IMG/VR virus record: IMGVR_UViG_3300006871_000008
Location: 1-64,000 of that record
Origin: a virus
Strand: one strand, 5' to 3'
DNA: 64,000 bases
The notes under the pieces were generated by a model that did no database searches, had not been told where the DNA came from, and was given only the letters and a program-made list of their open reading frames with translations. Each line of letters opens with the position of its first letter. The stretch's first letter is position 1. Below are positions 24,104 through 33,548 of the stretch, piece by piece. The position numbers were made by a program, and so were the translations under genes.

Positions 24104-25077
24104 CGGGTGACTTCAAGGAAGTATCGGCCTTCGGGAGTGTCCTGCGTGATGGCTGAGGCTTGAGCGTCCAGCAACTCGCATCGCTCACGGCTTTCCTCAA
24201 CCGTCAAGTCGGTGAAGATATGATTGTTCTCGATTGCTTTCCAAGCGGCTTGATACCGCTGGCTAAGTCCACGCTGCCAAGCGCCCGACACGCGGGCGGA
24301 GAAGGCGGCAACACGCAGCAACGGCTGCTGGTCTGCGACCGGCTTGGCAACGATTTGGTGAACAGCCATAACCACGTTCTCGTCGCCTACAGGCTCGCCA
24401 AGCATCCAGGCGTAGGTCGATAGTTGATCGGCCCACTCGATATTGCTTTCTTCAAGGAAGCCTTCGTGGATTGTGAGGCCGCGATGATCGACCGCCCGGT
24501 ATTCGGGATGGGGGTTGCCTGCCCCTCGACTCGGCTTCGCACGGTCAGCGGTCCAGCCGTCCGCAACCAGTGAATAATACTTGCAGGGACTCGTCGGATA
24601 CTTGGAGCAGTAGCCATTGACTTTCCAATCGAAAATGACGTGAACGCCGCACTTGTGGAAGAATCGGCAGTCTGGCTTGCCAAGCAGCGGCACGCCGTCG
24701 ATCACTTGCTCAATCTCAAACTCGAATTGCGGCGGACGGTCGCTCTCTTGCAGCAAAGCGTCAAGAGCCGCGAACGCACCGGATTGAACGTAGGAGTCGA
24801 AGATATACTTCCCGGCGTCAACCGCGAAGTCCCGATTGTGCGGCTCGACCGACCGGGTGAACAGGTAATCGAACGTGTACTTCTCGTCACGCCGGGCAAA
24901 GGCCCTCCAATACAACTCCGACTTGCAGTAGGCATCGAAGGCCGACCCCACACTCATTGGGGGCGTCTGCGGAATCTTCGGCGGGCGATTCTCACAGAGA
25001 TATGTCAAATAGAATTCGTCTCGATTTTCCTCGAAACGACCCAACGACGACGGACTGAGGAACTTCGGCTTTCGCAT
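24100..25077 (-). CDS. PD-(D/E)XK RecB-like exonuclease
   Basis: LSPSSL, GKPD, IFDWK, QL..Y. Confidence 0.8.
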   Translation of the reverse strand: MRKPKFLSPSSLGRFEENRDEFYLTYLCENRPPKIPQTPPMSVGSAFDAYCKSELYWRAFARRDEKYTFDYLFTRSVEPHNRDFAVDAGKYIFDSYVQSGAFAALDALLQESDRPPQFEFEIEQVIDGVPLLGKPDCRFFHKCGVHVIFDWKVNGYCSKYPTSPCKYYSLVADGWTADRAKPSRGAGNPHPEYRAVDHRGLTIHEGFLEESNIEWADQLSTYAWMLGEPVGDENVVMAVHQIVAKPVADQQPLLRVAAFSARVSGAWQRGLSQRYQAAWKAIENNHIFTDLTVEESRERCELLDAQASAITQDTPEGRYFLEVTR

Positions 25078-25106
25078 TAAATGGCTCCGGTAAAGGCTAT
25101 ATCCTT

Positions 25107-25135
25107 ATTATAGCCGATACAGTCGATCTTGTCAA
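25107..25135 (-). promoter_or_regulatory. consensus sigma70 promoter
   Basis: TTGACA-N17-TATAAT. Confidence 0.85.
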
Positions 25136-25145
25136 TACCTATTCC

Positions 25146-25742
25146 CTACAATCCTTGTGCCCCGCGCGGTACGTGGGTAAGCGGGTTGTCCGACCCCGCT
25201 CCCAGGGGGACGTAGCTAGGAAACTGCTGAGTCTCACCCCAAGGCCCCTTGTATCGCAGGGCGTCCACCCAGGCTTCGTGACAGGCTTTGACCCACTTGG
25301 CATCTTCCAGGGCATTATGCTTTGTACCATCCTGCTTGGGTCGAATAAAGGCCGGGTCACGGTCTAGCTCTTGCCGCAAGTCCAAAGGCCGCTTGGGGAA
25401 GTGGGCCGGTCGCCCGATCATTGGGCCGTAAAGCTGGCACAGCGCCACCCAATCGTAGGCCGGATACCAGCCCCAAATCTCCGGCGATTCCGCCTTGTCC
25501 CATAGGCCAGGACCGTGCAGGAAATCCGACACTTCGGCGGCTATTACCGCCCTTGATTTACGGACCAGTCGGCTCGGTATATGAGCAAGAACGCGACTGC
25601 GTAGCCAATCAGTTGCCCGGCTTTCATCAAACTCGCCAGAGACAGCATAGTATTCTTTCCCGTCTTGATTGACGATGCCGATACTGATTAAGTCGATGGA
25701 CTTGCCATCATCCAGAAACTCAGTGTCGAAGTAGAATCTCAT
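25146..25742 (-). CDS. Rv2179c/RNase AS-like DEDD 3'-5' exoribonuclease
   Basis: FDTEF..LISIGIV..EYYA..YDWV.LCQLYG.M..HNALEDA. Confidence 0.9.
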   Translation of the reverse strand: MRFYFDTEFLDDGKSIDLISIGIVNQDGKEYYAVSGEFDESRATDWLRSRVLAHIPSRLVRKSRAVIAAEVSDFLHGPGLWDKAESPEIWGWYPAYDWVALCQLYGPMIGRPAHFPKRPLDLRQELDRDPAFIRPKQDGTKHNALEDAKWVKACHEAWVDALRYKGPWGETQQFPSYVPLGAGSDNPLTHVPRGAQGL

Positions 25743-25948
25743 TTCTTACCCCACAGCCACCAGTTACGGAAAGCCAGCAGGCAGAACACGACGCAGATAA
25801 AGCATAGTTCGGTCTGGCCGGTTTCCCAAGCTACCAGTGTGTATAGCGCTTCGCCCGCGATGCTGAACAGGAAGGCGTTACGCCACTTGTAGCCAATGAG
25901 CCACAAGCCAAGGACGATCAGAATGTTGGCAATCCAAAGCATTGTCAC
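25739..25948 (-). CDS. small 3-TM membrane protein (half-PnuC-like)
   Basis: three TM helices ending WWLWGKK. Confidence 0.6.
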   Translation of the reverse strand: MTMLWIANILIVLGLWLIGYKWRNAFLFSIAGEALYTLVAWETGQTELCFICVVFCLLAFRNWWLWGKK

Positions 25949-26283
25949 TCCGGGAATTGAGGGGTGTAGAGAGTCGGGCCGCTATCCCGCGCGAAGCGAC
26001 TTAGCGCATCGAGCAGCGACGTTGCAGCAGGATTGTGACGCAAGTAAATTGTTCCGTTCGGATTGGGCCTGCCCAACGCTTGCAATTCTTGGAAGCACTG
26101 GATTGCGTGTGTGGAGACTAGCAAATCGCTGTCATACAATCGCAGCAGGCAGAGCCGTACTAGCGTCCGACAAGGGCCGGGATAGTCCTTGTGAACGTAG
26201 TGGCACTGGTCCGAACCGTCGTATGAAATACACAGCGACGGCGGCGTGCCTTCCGGGTCGTAGCTAAGAATGTCAAACTGCAT
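25945..26283 (-). CDS. hypothetical protein
   Basis: ORF coupled to neighbours. Confidence 0.55.
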   Translation of the reverse strand: MQFDILSYDPEGTPPSLCISYDGSDQCHYVHKDYPGPCRTLVRLCLLRLYDSDLLVSTHAIQCFQELQALGRPNPNGTIYLRHNPAATSLLDALSRFARDSGPTLYTPQFPE

Positions 26284-26563
26284 GGTTCTCAAATCCCGCG
26301 CGCTGTGGCGCTCCGTGGTGTTCCATAGCAGACACCCCAAGGGCCGCTATCTTTCTCAGCAAATCGCACTTCTCTGTCACTTGCTCTTTATCGCCGGTTG
26401 TGGCGGCAAGCACTTTCAACTTACCCACGTACACGTCTAGGTACAGGGCGAATTCATCAATCGTTCGACCCTTACGGTGGCCGGCGTCACTACCCCACCG
26501 ATAGTCCTGATACGCACGCTCTGTGTCGATTGCTTCATACACTTGCTGGCGAGTTGCTGACAT
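26273..26563 (-). CDS. MazG-like/all-alpha phage protein
   Basis: ER.YQ..RWG and RKIAAL...ME motifs. Confidence 0.6.
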   Translation of the reverse strand: MSATRQQVYEAIDTERAYQDYRWGSDAGHRKGRTIDEFALYLDVYVGKLKVLAATTGDKEQVTEKCDLLRKIAALGVSAMEHHGAPQRAGFENHAV

Positions 26564-26786
26564 TGTTGCTCTCCGGGGTATAAGTCATAACGCCCCAACC
26601 CTTTTCGACAAACGACCGATACCAAACGGTCTGTCGGAACGTGGGTTGAGTCATGGCGACGACCTTACCGTAAGGCCACGCCTTCATCCAGTCGTTGATT
26701 AGCCGCACAACCATATCGTCCGGGGCTTCGTAAAAGCCAGTCGGCCCGTCGTGCGTTAGCTCTTGATAGAATAGCAGGACTGTCAT
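26535..26786 (-). CDS. hypothetical protein
   Basis: ATGA-coupled ORF. Confidence 0.6.
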   Translation of the reverse strand: MTVLLFYQELTHDGPTGFYEAPDDMVVRLINDWMKAWPYGKVVAMTQPTFRQTVWYRSFVEKGWGVMTYTPESNNVSNSPASV

Positions 26787-27850
26787 TCCTCGGCCCTCAC
26801 TCGAAAGTAGCGGGCCTCTTTAGGCAGACCCTTGTTCGTGAACCGGCCACAATAGGTGAACGTGATTTGTTGTCCTAGTTTGAAATGCTTGCCAAGGAAA
26901 TCGGCAGGCATGTCAACCCCAGGATGCTCAGAGGCGAACGCCGTCATTGCGGGCGTGGCAAACTCTCGTTCGGCATCGTTCAGGCCGGAAAGTTCCAGCC
27001 GCTTCCCGCCGTAGTCTAGGATGAGCGCACCGATCTTGCCCAGGTGCTTCGACCCCTTACCCGTCTTGCGGCCCGACGTGAAGCCGACCAGTACGCCTTC
27101 GGCGTCGTCGAGTGGCTTGTACTTTAGGACGTTGCGGCTCCGCTTCGGCTCGTAGCAAGTGTGCGGGTGACGAACAACCAGCCCCTCGCCGCCAGCCGAC
27201 GTGACTTTGCGGAACAGCCCATCGAGTTGCTTGCGTGCCCGTTCTTCGTCAAGGTCCAGCTTCGTCTGATGGTGCAAATAGATGCGCCCCTCGGATTCAA
27301 GATTCTCGTTGAGAAACACCAGCGTTTCCTCGAACGTCGCTTCGGGCGGCGTCGATACATACTCGGCCAGGATGGAGTCGTCAATCGAATTCTTCATCCA
27401 AGCCTCAATATCCGAGAAGCTGATATTCTTCTGGAAGTTGGGGTCGTTGATTCGGCGTGTCTTGAACACCGAAGGCAACGGTGGCGAATCAAAGACGGCA
27501 TAGCTTACCGCCTTCCACGCTTCCGGGTCAGCTTCGTGTTCGCCGAGTACCGACCGGCCTTCCTCAAGAGAGTTGGCGTATAGTTCGCCGTCGAGAGGAA
27601 AGCAAGGAAGCTGGTTCAAGAACCAGTCCGGTGCTGCAATCACGTTGCCGTAGCGGGACCACAGACCCGTCGCCACCGGCTTATATGACTTGTCAAGATT
27701 GGCCCACGGCACAGCGGGAGTCGCCCGGTCGCGGGTCAGTCCGCCGTCCCAAAAGCAGCGTGTGCCATCCAGCTTCTCGCTGGCGTACCACCCCGCCACT
27801 TCGTATCGGTCGGCTTCGTATTTGTGTGCTAGTTGAAGGAACGCTGACAT
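26783..27850 (-). CDS. ATP-dependent DNA ligase
   Basis: SEKLDG.R, LDGELY, VFD, EGLVVR, LKYK, OB-fold C-terminus. Confidence 0.95.
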   Translation of the reverse strand: MSAFLQLAHKYEADRYEVAGWYASEKLDGTRCFWDGGLTRDRATPAVPWANLDKSYKPVATGLWSRYGNVIAAPDWFLNQLPCFPLDGELYANSLEEGRSVLGEHEADPEAWKAVSYAVFDSPPLPSVFKTRRINDPNFQKNISFSDIEAWMKNSIDDSILAEYVSTPPEATFEETLVFLNENLESEGRIYLHHQTKLDLDEERARKQLDGLFRKVTSAGGEGLVVRHPHTCYEPKRSRNVLKYKPLDDAEGVLVGFTSGRKTGKGSKHLGKIGALILDYGGKRLELSGLNDAEREFATPAMTAFASEHPGVDMPADFLGKHFKLGQQITFTYCGRFTNKGLPKEARYFRVRAEE

Positions 27851-27853
27851 TGA

Positions 27854-28822
27854 TTAGAACCTTGTGCTTTCTTCGTCGATGAAGGTCATTGCCACGTCAC
27901 CACCACGGACTTGCAGGCGCTCGGACGGGACCACACCGCCCACCCTCAAACGGGCGGTACGATCTTCGGCTTGCCGTCGAGGGCCAGGAAATTCCGGGCG
28001 GCTGCGTCGTGGGCGGCGCTGCACGGCATTAGCCGCACGCTGTCCACGGTCGCTATCGGGTGCTGATGTTCCGCACTGAGGCACGGTGCGTCGGCGGGCA
28101 TCACGCACGCCATCCATTCGAGCCGAAGCGGCTCTGGCTCGCATTTCCGGCGTAGCCATTGCCCGCCTGAATTCCTTGCTGGTCATAGCCTGTCGCAACG
28201 TGTCATCGTCCGCGATAGCGAGCAGCAATTGGTATTGCTCCGCACCGCCAGACAGCAACTTCGCCGACAGACGACGACGCCCATCAACTTGTGCAGCGTA
28301 AAAGTGTTCCGTGCTGCCTCTATGCCGCCGCAATTCGTGAGTGTACTCTGCTTCGGTCAGCATCCGGTGAACCATCAACTCGCCCGACCGAACCCTAAAC
28401 GTGAAAATTCTCCGCTGCCCATCTTGCACGCCATCCTCAAGGAATACTTCAACCGCCCCGACAGTTGCGGCATCCGTGTACGGGCCAGGAATCTCGTAGA
28501 GAATCTGGCATTGGGTGTAGCCCTGATTATACAGCGCTTGTTCAGCTTTCTCAATAGAGAAGGTTCGCAGAACCGCCGCCGCCTGTTGCGTGCCGCGAAC
28601 AGATCGGGCCGACGTAAAGGTAATTGTGTGAGCATTGGCTACCGGCTGTGGCATTTGTTCCTCGCGGTCTAAATCTGACCAATTGCCCCACGAATTCGAG
28701 AAGCCGCGATATGCGCGTGCTGCTTCGGCGAGGGTTTGGGCTTGAGCCTGAAACGCATTTCTGGCTTCCTCCCAAGCAGGGTTATGTTGGATTGTAAATT
28801 CGAGTGTTTGTTCGCTTGGCAT
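27854..28822 (-). CDS. hypothetical protein (leaderless)
   Basis: long ORF; ATG 28822 at +7. Confidence 0.75.
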   Translation of the reverse strand: MPSEQTLEFTIQHNPAWEEARNAFQAQAQTLAEAARAYRGFSNSWGNWSDLDREEQMPQPVANAHTITFTSARSVRGTQQAAAVLRTFSIEKAEQALYNQGYTQCQILYEIPGPYTDAATVGAVEVFLEDGVQDGQRRIFTFRVRSGELMVHRMLTEAEYTHELRRHRGSTEHFYAAQVDGRRRLSAKLLSGGAEQYQLLLAIADDDTLRQAMTSKEFRRAMATPEMRARAASARMDGVRDARRRTVPQCGTSAPDSDRGQRAANAVQRRPRRSRPEFPGPRRQAEDRTARLRVGGVVPSERLQVRGGDVAMTFIDEESTRF

Positions 28823-28828
28823 ATCTGA

Positions 28829-28856
28829 ATTATACACCATTACCCGCCGCTGTCAA
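28829..28856 (-). promoter_or_regulatory. consensus promoter; -35 inside 10-bp inverted repeat 28851-28876
   Basis: TTGACA-N16-TATAAT; TGTCAAGAGA-TTATTT-TCTCTTGACA. Confidence 0.85.
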
Positions 28857-28860
28857 GAGA

Positions 28861-29001
28861 TTATTTTCTCTTGACAACGGGGCGAAGCTGCTCGGCTTTG
28901 CGTCGAATTGGGTCAGACTTGGGGCGTTGGATTGGCACTAAGCCAAGCATAACGCTCACTCGCTGCGCCCGTTTGGACGGCCTGCGTCGTTTCGGTTTCA
29001 T
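28861..29001 (-). CDS. small basic protein (46 aa)
   Basis: ATGA-coupled to sigma gene; MKPKRRRPSKR... Confidence 0.5.
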   Translation of the reverse strand: MKPKRRRPSKRAQRVSVMLGLVPIQRPKSDPIRRKAEQLRPVVKRK

Positions 29002-29657
29002 TGTGGCTTCCTTTCCGGCAGAAGGACTTTCAGGCGTTCATGCAAATCCTGCCGTATCACTTGCACCGTCTGTCGGCTATAACCTAACTCCGCTCCAATC
29101 TCGTCGTCGGTATAGCCTTCGACTCGAAGCCTAACAATGTTAGCTTCAAGTTCTGATTGTACTACGCTGTCGATCATTTCTTCGACAGGGCTAATTTCTT
29201 CCAGCACGCCGGAGTCAATCAGCCTTTCGTTTTCGGCATCGTCATACACGCGAGTTGGTATTGCCTTGCCTCGCCGTTCTGAGCGGCTTGGGACTTTAAC
29301 AGTCGGCAATGACTCGATGTAATCCGTAATAGCCCGGTGTATGAAGGCTGCGATAATGGCCTGCGGATTGTCGTTTCCGTCTGGCGGTTCGCGTAGCTTC
29401 TCCACCCCATCGGCCAGCCCGACCATAGCGGCGCTCACAAAGTCGTCAACAAATCGCCGGCTCTTGAATAGCGCGACGTATTGCCCGACAATCGTGAGGG
29501 CGAGGGCCAAGTGGCCTTTCACTAATTGCTGTCCCGCCAACTTCCGGCCCTTACGATGCCGCTCGATTAACTCAACGGTATCTTCCTCGCTGAGTGAAAT
29601 CGTCTCAGCCCACAAAGGGTGCTGGAAGGACACGGCTTGTATCTTAGTGAAACCCAT
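28998..29657 (-). CDS. RNA polymerase sigma70-family factor (leaderless)
   Basis: region 2 (LV..HL.L...IV..Y..DD.VS....GL) and region 4 HTH (GYT..EIG..LG.SRQTV). Confidence 0.85.
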   Translation of the reverse strand: MGFTKIQAVSFQHPLWAETISLSEEDTVELIERHRKGRKLAGQQLVKGHLALALTIVGQYVALFKSRRFVDDFVSAAMVGLADGVEKLREPPDGNDNPQAIIAAFIHRAITDYIESLPTVKVPSRSERRGKAIPTRVYDDAENERLIDSGVLEEISPVEEMIDSVVQSELEANIVRLRVEGYTDDEIGAELGYSRQTVQVIRQDLHERLKVLLPERKPQ

Positions 29658-29663
29658 TGCTCA

Positions 29664-29691
29664 ATTATACCACCTTCTCGGAATCTGTCAA
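29664..29691 (-). promoter_or_regulatory. consensus promoter for sigma gene
   Basis: TTGACA-N16-TATAAT, ATG at +7. Confidence 0.85.
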
Positions 29692-30186
29692 ATGGTGTAG
29701 AAGATATGCGTAGGAAGGTGTAAACGTACCATCCCAAAGTGGTACAGGCTCGTTACAGGCGGAATCGAAGCGCAGCCATAGGTCGCCATCGAACGCGCAG
29801 GCATGACCAATTCCTACATTCGTTATACCCGCTATAACCGCTCGCTGGCCCCTCAGCATGTCCATAAACGCTGCCACGTTCCCGTCCTTGTAGATTATGG
29901 GGAACATATTGCGTCCATCCGTGGTCGTGATGGGGTTGATTTGCAATTCCGTGACCGAGATACCAAAGCCAAGCGCGGCCCGAATCAACTCTTGCGGGTG
30001 GAAGCCACGCCGACGTGTCGGGTCGGGCAGGTACTCGAATATGATTTGGCTGCCATCGTGTCCAATGGCGGCAACCCATTCTTCATACGGGATGCCGGTC
30101 GCCATTGAGAACGAAGTCGGCAGGCAGCCCCAAGCTACCGGGGACTTCCTAAGCGCGATATGGGGCCAGGGTTTAATCGTCGGCAC
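29665..30186 (-). CDS. hypothetical protein, possible papain-fold (C39-like) peptidase
   Basis: WGCLPTSFSM...GHACAFDG..FDS. Confidence 0.55.
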   Translation of the reverse strand: MPTIKPWPHIALRKSPVAWGCLPTSFSMATGIPYEEWVAAIGHDGSQIIFEYLPDPTRRRGFHPQELIRAALGFGISVTELQINPITTTDGRNMFPIIYKDGNVAAFMDMLRGQRAVIAGITNVGIGHACAFDGDLWLRFDSACNEPVPLWDGTFTPSYAYLLHHLTDSEKVV

Positions 30187-30574
30187 TATTCAAATCCTCC
30201 ACAAGATTCTTGGCCCGCTTAGCATCCTCGGTCCACTTGTCTTTCCAGTACGACTTCCAATTGGGCGGGCCGAATAGCTTGTCGTACTCGTCCTTGTTCG
30301 CGGCGGTCAAAATCCAAATCCCTACACCGAAGCTGTCCCACAGCGGCCACTTGATTCGTTGTGCGGGAGTGAACGTGTACCGCTCCGGGTTCTTAACGTC
30401 AACCCATCGAGTCCCATACTTGGCGTGCGCAAGATACAGGTCGGGGAACCCGACCTGATAGATATTACCGTTGGTGACTTCAACGCACCACTCCCGCACA
30501 GACAAATACTCAATGAGCATTTGCTGAATATGCCACTCTGGTCCGTGGCGATTACGGAAGCGAAATGGGTTCAT
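30173..30574 (-). CDS. VRR-NUC-like PD-(D/E)XK nuclease
   Basis: E..IQ, GFPDL, VDVK, T.AQ. Confidence 0.8.
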   Translation of the reverse strand: MNPFRFRNRHGPEWHIQQMLIEYLSVREWCVEVTNGNIYQVGFPDLYLAHAKYGTRWVDVKNPERYTFTPAQRIKWPLWDSFGVGIWILTAANKDEYDKLFGPPNWKSYWKDKWTEDAKRAKNLVEDLNSADD

Positions 30575-30762
30575 GCCCGCACTGGCTCCATGATGTTCTC
30601 GATTGTGAGCAGCCTACCCACAAGGGACACCACCGGGGCTGTCGCCCAATCCGTCATCTTCCTCTGGCTTGCGAGCGCTCGGATTTGCTTGTCCGTCAGA
30701 GCGCTCAGCCACTCTCCGCGAAGGCTGGTCGTCGCGGCGTTCGAGCGGGGGTTGTTCGCCAT
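30571..30762 (-). CDS. hypothetical protein
   Basis: AAGGGA SD, ATGA coupling; overlaps 30614-30973. Confidence 0.45.
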   Translation of the reverse strand: MANNPRSNAATTSLRGEWLSALTDKQIRALASQRKMTDWATAPVVSLVGRLLTIENIMEPVRA

Positions 30763-30973
30763 AAAGTTCCCTTTCAAGTCTGTTGATGGCAATGAGTGTA
30801 TGCAACTCCATCATTCGCGCGTGCGAACGCATGAAGTCACAAATGGATTTGTACGCTAATGCTTCTGCCGGGGCCAGTGGAATATCCTGGCCGATGCGCG
30901 TGCAGTAATTATCCGCCAGCATTATGAAGCGGATAATTTTCATCTGCACGGCAGCTTGTTCGTCCATGTACAT
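30614..30973 (-). CDS. hypothetical protein
   Basis: TGATG-coupled to polA. Confidence 0.5.
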   Translation of the reverse strand: MYMDEQAAVQMKIIRFIMLADNYCTRIGQDIPLAPAEALAYKSICDFMRSHARMMELHTLIAINRLERELYGEQPPLERRDDQPSRRVAERSDGQANPSARKPEEDDGLGDSPGGVPCG

Positions 30974-33366
30974 CAGTGAGTATCCGCCCAGGATGAAAGG
31001 TTCTTGCCCCACGATATACCGATCAACGGAACCTTGGGGCGATAGGATTCGACGGTGGACTTAACGATGCTGTCCACTTCGTCTGCATATTCCGGCTTCG
31101 TCACCGACAGGATTTCGTCATGCACGTTAAGCGGTGCAACAATCCACTCGCCGATACCAACGGGCTGCAAATCCCAAACATTGCGCTCGACGTGCTTCGT
31201 AATCTCTGCTCCACCTGACTGAATGACATGGTTGGCTGCGGCCCGCATCGCGGCAGCCTGAATCTGGAACGCTGCTCCATAGATTGCAGACGCCGTAGCG
31301 CCACTAGCAGTTTGTACGCGGTCACGTCGCATCACCTTTAAGGTACATTTTCGGAAAGACTCTGGCGGGTTCTGCGCCAACTGGAACAGCACCGCGCAGA
31401 TTTTGTTTTCGAGCGTGAAATAGCGGCGGAAGCCAAGCAGAGACTCGACGTAATCAGCCGGGTCTTGCCAAGTAATCTCCGTTCCGATGCCCCCGTCCTG
31501 CCGCATCGAGCAAAACATATCAAAGATTTTCTTGCGGGCGACAGCAATCATCGGGTAGCGGTTGAGGAACGCGATGTACGCCTTCTCTGCCGTCACCCCA
31601 TCGACGCCTAGCTTTCGACTAATCGTGCCGTAGTCGCCGCCGTAAATCAAGGCGAACACCGCTTGCTTACCGTTCGAGTAGTACGTCGTGAATGTCGAGG
31701 GCGTGGGCCTCATGTCCCGCCCCTCGGCTTTGGCCGCAGCTTCCTCGGCTGCCGCAGCGGCGGCTTCGGCCTTAACGCCATTGACAATTTCTTCGTATGT
31801 ATGCCCGTACAGGAACGCTGCCATTTCAGCGTGAATCTTCCGGCCCGTTTCCAAGTCCTTGCGGAGTTGCGGGTCGTTGTAGCAGGCGTCAGCCAGCGTA
31901 ACCTCGAAGCTGCTAAAGTCACCGCCGCACAGAATGTACCCCTCGCCCGCGAGCGGGAAGCGACCACGCACCCATGCCTCGCGTTTGATGCCTTGCGGGT
32001 TCAATCCGTCAGCACCAGACATACGGGACGAGAGCGTACCAATGACGTTGAGACTCGCATGGAAGCGGCCCGCCGTCAGCAGCTTGTCGTATAGCTCGAC
32101 TTCCTTTACAGCCTTACGACCATCCAGCACTTCGCTGGCCCGCTCGGCTGCCTTGTGCTTGCCAGTGCCACCGCATAACTCGCAGTCGGCTTGGGGCGGG
32201 CAAGTCTTGCCGGTGTTATCGTAGCAGCAGTCGCACGGCCAGTGAGCAATCTTTTCCAGCATGACCTTGCCGGTCGTGTCTCGAATGGTCGTCGTAAACT
32301 CGGACTCGTCCATGACTTCCCGCAGGTAGGCCCGCGCATCACCGGGCGAGAGCGGCTTGCCCACAGTCCGGCGAGAAGCGGAAGTCCGCAATTCCTTCAA
32401 GCCTTCAATGTCGATATTGAAGCCACGCCAACGGACGGCGGCGACCATGCAGGCTAACACGCTGTCGTCGTCGCCAAGTTCGGGCGAACCCCAATGCCGG
32501 TCCAGTCCCTCGGTGTACACAACGTCCTTACGGGCGTACTCGCGGGCCTTCTCATGCGTGGCCCAATGTTCGATATGATATTTGATCTTGCCGGGCCAAG
32601 TGCGGCCCTTAAACACGCCGTCGTTGTCATACACGTTCCATGTATCCGACCGCTCGCTAATGGCGGTGCAGTACGGGGCGTAGCCTAACTCAATCGGCAA
32701 GTGCTTGCGGTCAACTTCGATTTCCGAGAAGTGCGTGGTGTCTTTAATGCCCAAAGCGTGTTCCGCCAGAAACTTCAAACCGCCTGCCGGATGAAACTTG
32801 AGAACAATATCCTTGAAGTCGGGATTGATGCCCGTCCGGTCGATGTTCGGAATGTCGTACACGTTCCAGCGAGGGGCAGACTTGTCGTGTCGGCGAGCGA
32901 AGTAGATGCCGTCGATTTCGACACGCTGCTCAAGTTCCTCGGCGAGTTGGTACGCCAGTACGGTTGGCACACGCCGGATGCGAATATCCTCGCGTGCCAT
33001 GAGGGATTGGTACGGGCCTTTGCGAGAGTAAAGCAAAAGGTCCAAGGCGGACGCAGGCTTCACGCACGGCCCATCGCGGCCCGTCGCCTCAGCTTCGCCA
33101 ATATCGTTGATGATGTTCTCTGGAATCAGGTGGCGTGGGAATTGCCGCAAGATGGTGTAAGTCTTGCAGATATGGAACCAGTCAAACACCAGATTGAATC
33201 CAACGACACCATGCTCGCAAATCCACTCGATAAGGTCAAGGGTTTCACCAACGGTGTGCTTCCAGATTTCATACAGCACAATCTCGCCGCCTTCTACCTT
33301 GTACTGTAGAATCACAGGCAGGCCGTACAAGCCGCACGTTTCGGAATCAAGCCAGATTCGTTTCAT
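30973..33366 (-). CDS. polA: family A DNA polymerase with 3'-5' exonuclease
   Basis: LDSET, GFNLVFD, YA..DV; T.S.RMS; motif A DFSSFE, motif B K...F...YG, motif C VHDE. Confidence 0.93.
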   Translation of the reverse strand: MKRIWLDSETCGLYGLPVILQYKVEGGEIVLYEIWKHTVGETLDLIEWICEHGVVGFNLVFDWFHICKTYTILRQFPRHLIPENIINDIGEAEATGRDGPCVKPASALDLLLYSRKGPYQSLMAREDIRIRRVPTVLAYQLAEELEQRVEIDGIYFARRHDKSAPRWNVYDIPNIDRTGINPDFKDIVLKFHPAGGLKFLAEHALGIKDTTHFSEIEVDRKHLPIELGYAPYCTAISERSDTWNVYDNDGVFKGRTWPGKIKYHIEHWATHEKAREYARKDVVYTEGLDRHWGSPELGDDDSVLACMVAAVRWRGFNIDIEGLKELRTSASRRTVGKPLSPGDARAYLREVMDESEFTTTIRDTTGKVMLEKIAHWPCDCCYDNTGKTCPPQADCELCGGTGKHKAAERASEVLDGRKAVKEVELYDKLLTAGRFHASLNVIGTLSSRMSGADGLNPQGIKREAWVRGRFPLAGEGYILCGGDFSSFEVTLADACYNDPQLRKDLETGRKIHAEMAAFLYGHTYEEIVNGVKAEAAAAAAEEAAAKAEGRDMRPTPSTFTTYYSNGKQAVFALIYGGDYGTISRKLGVDGVTAEKAYIAFLNRYPMIAVARKKIFDMFCSMRQDGGIGTEITWQDPADYVESLLGFRRYFTLENKICAVLFQLAQNPPESFRKCTLKVMRRDRVQTASGATASAIYGAAFQIQAAAMRAAANHVIQSGGAEITKHVERNVWDLQPVGIGEWIVAPLNVHDEILSVTKPEYADEVDSIVKSTVESYRPKVPLIGISWGKNLSSWADTH

Positions 33367-33548
33367 CGTGCAAACTCTCCCAATTCCCGCAGCACGTCTT
33401 TGGCCCGTTGCAGCCGGTCAAGCAGCCTCTCGGTCGGTCTGCGATTCAGTCGGTAGCACACAAGCAGGTTGCTTTGTGCGTCGGCCAACTCTTTCCAGGC
33501 GTCCAACTTTCGATTGTCGGCTGGTTCGTGTTCAGTCATTAGTCCCAT
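33363..33548 (-). CDS. small hypothetical protein
   Basis: ATG 8 nt after -10; coupled to polA. Confidence 0.6.
   Translation of the reverse strand: MGLMTEHEPADNRKLDAWKELADAQSNLLVCYRLNRRPTERLLDRLQRAKDVLRELGEFAR

Noticed and set aside
24100-25077. Cas4-type Fe-S nuclease served by the adjacent SufU
   Set aside because: Lacks the C-terminal CxxC-x5-C cluster of Cas4/AddB
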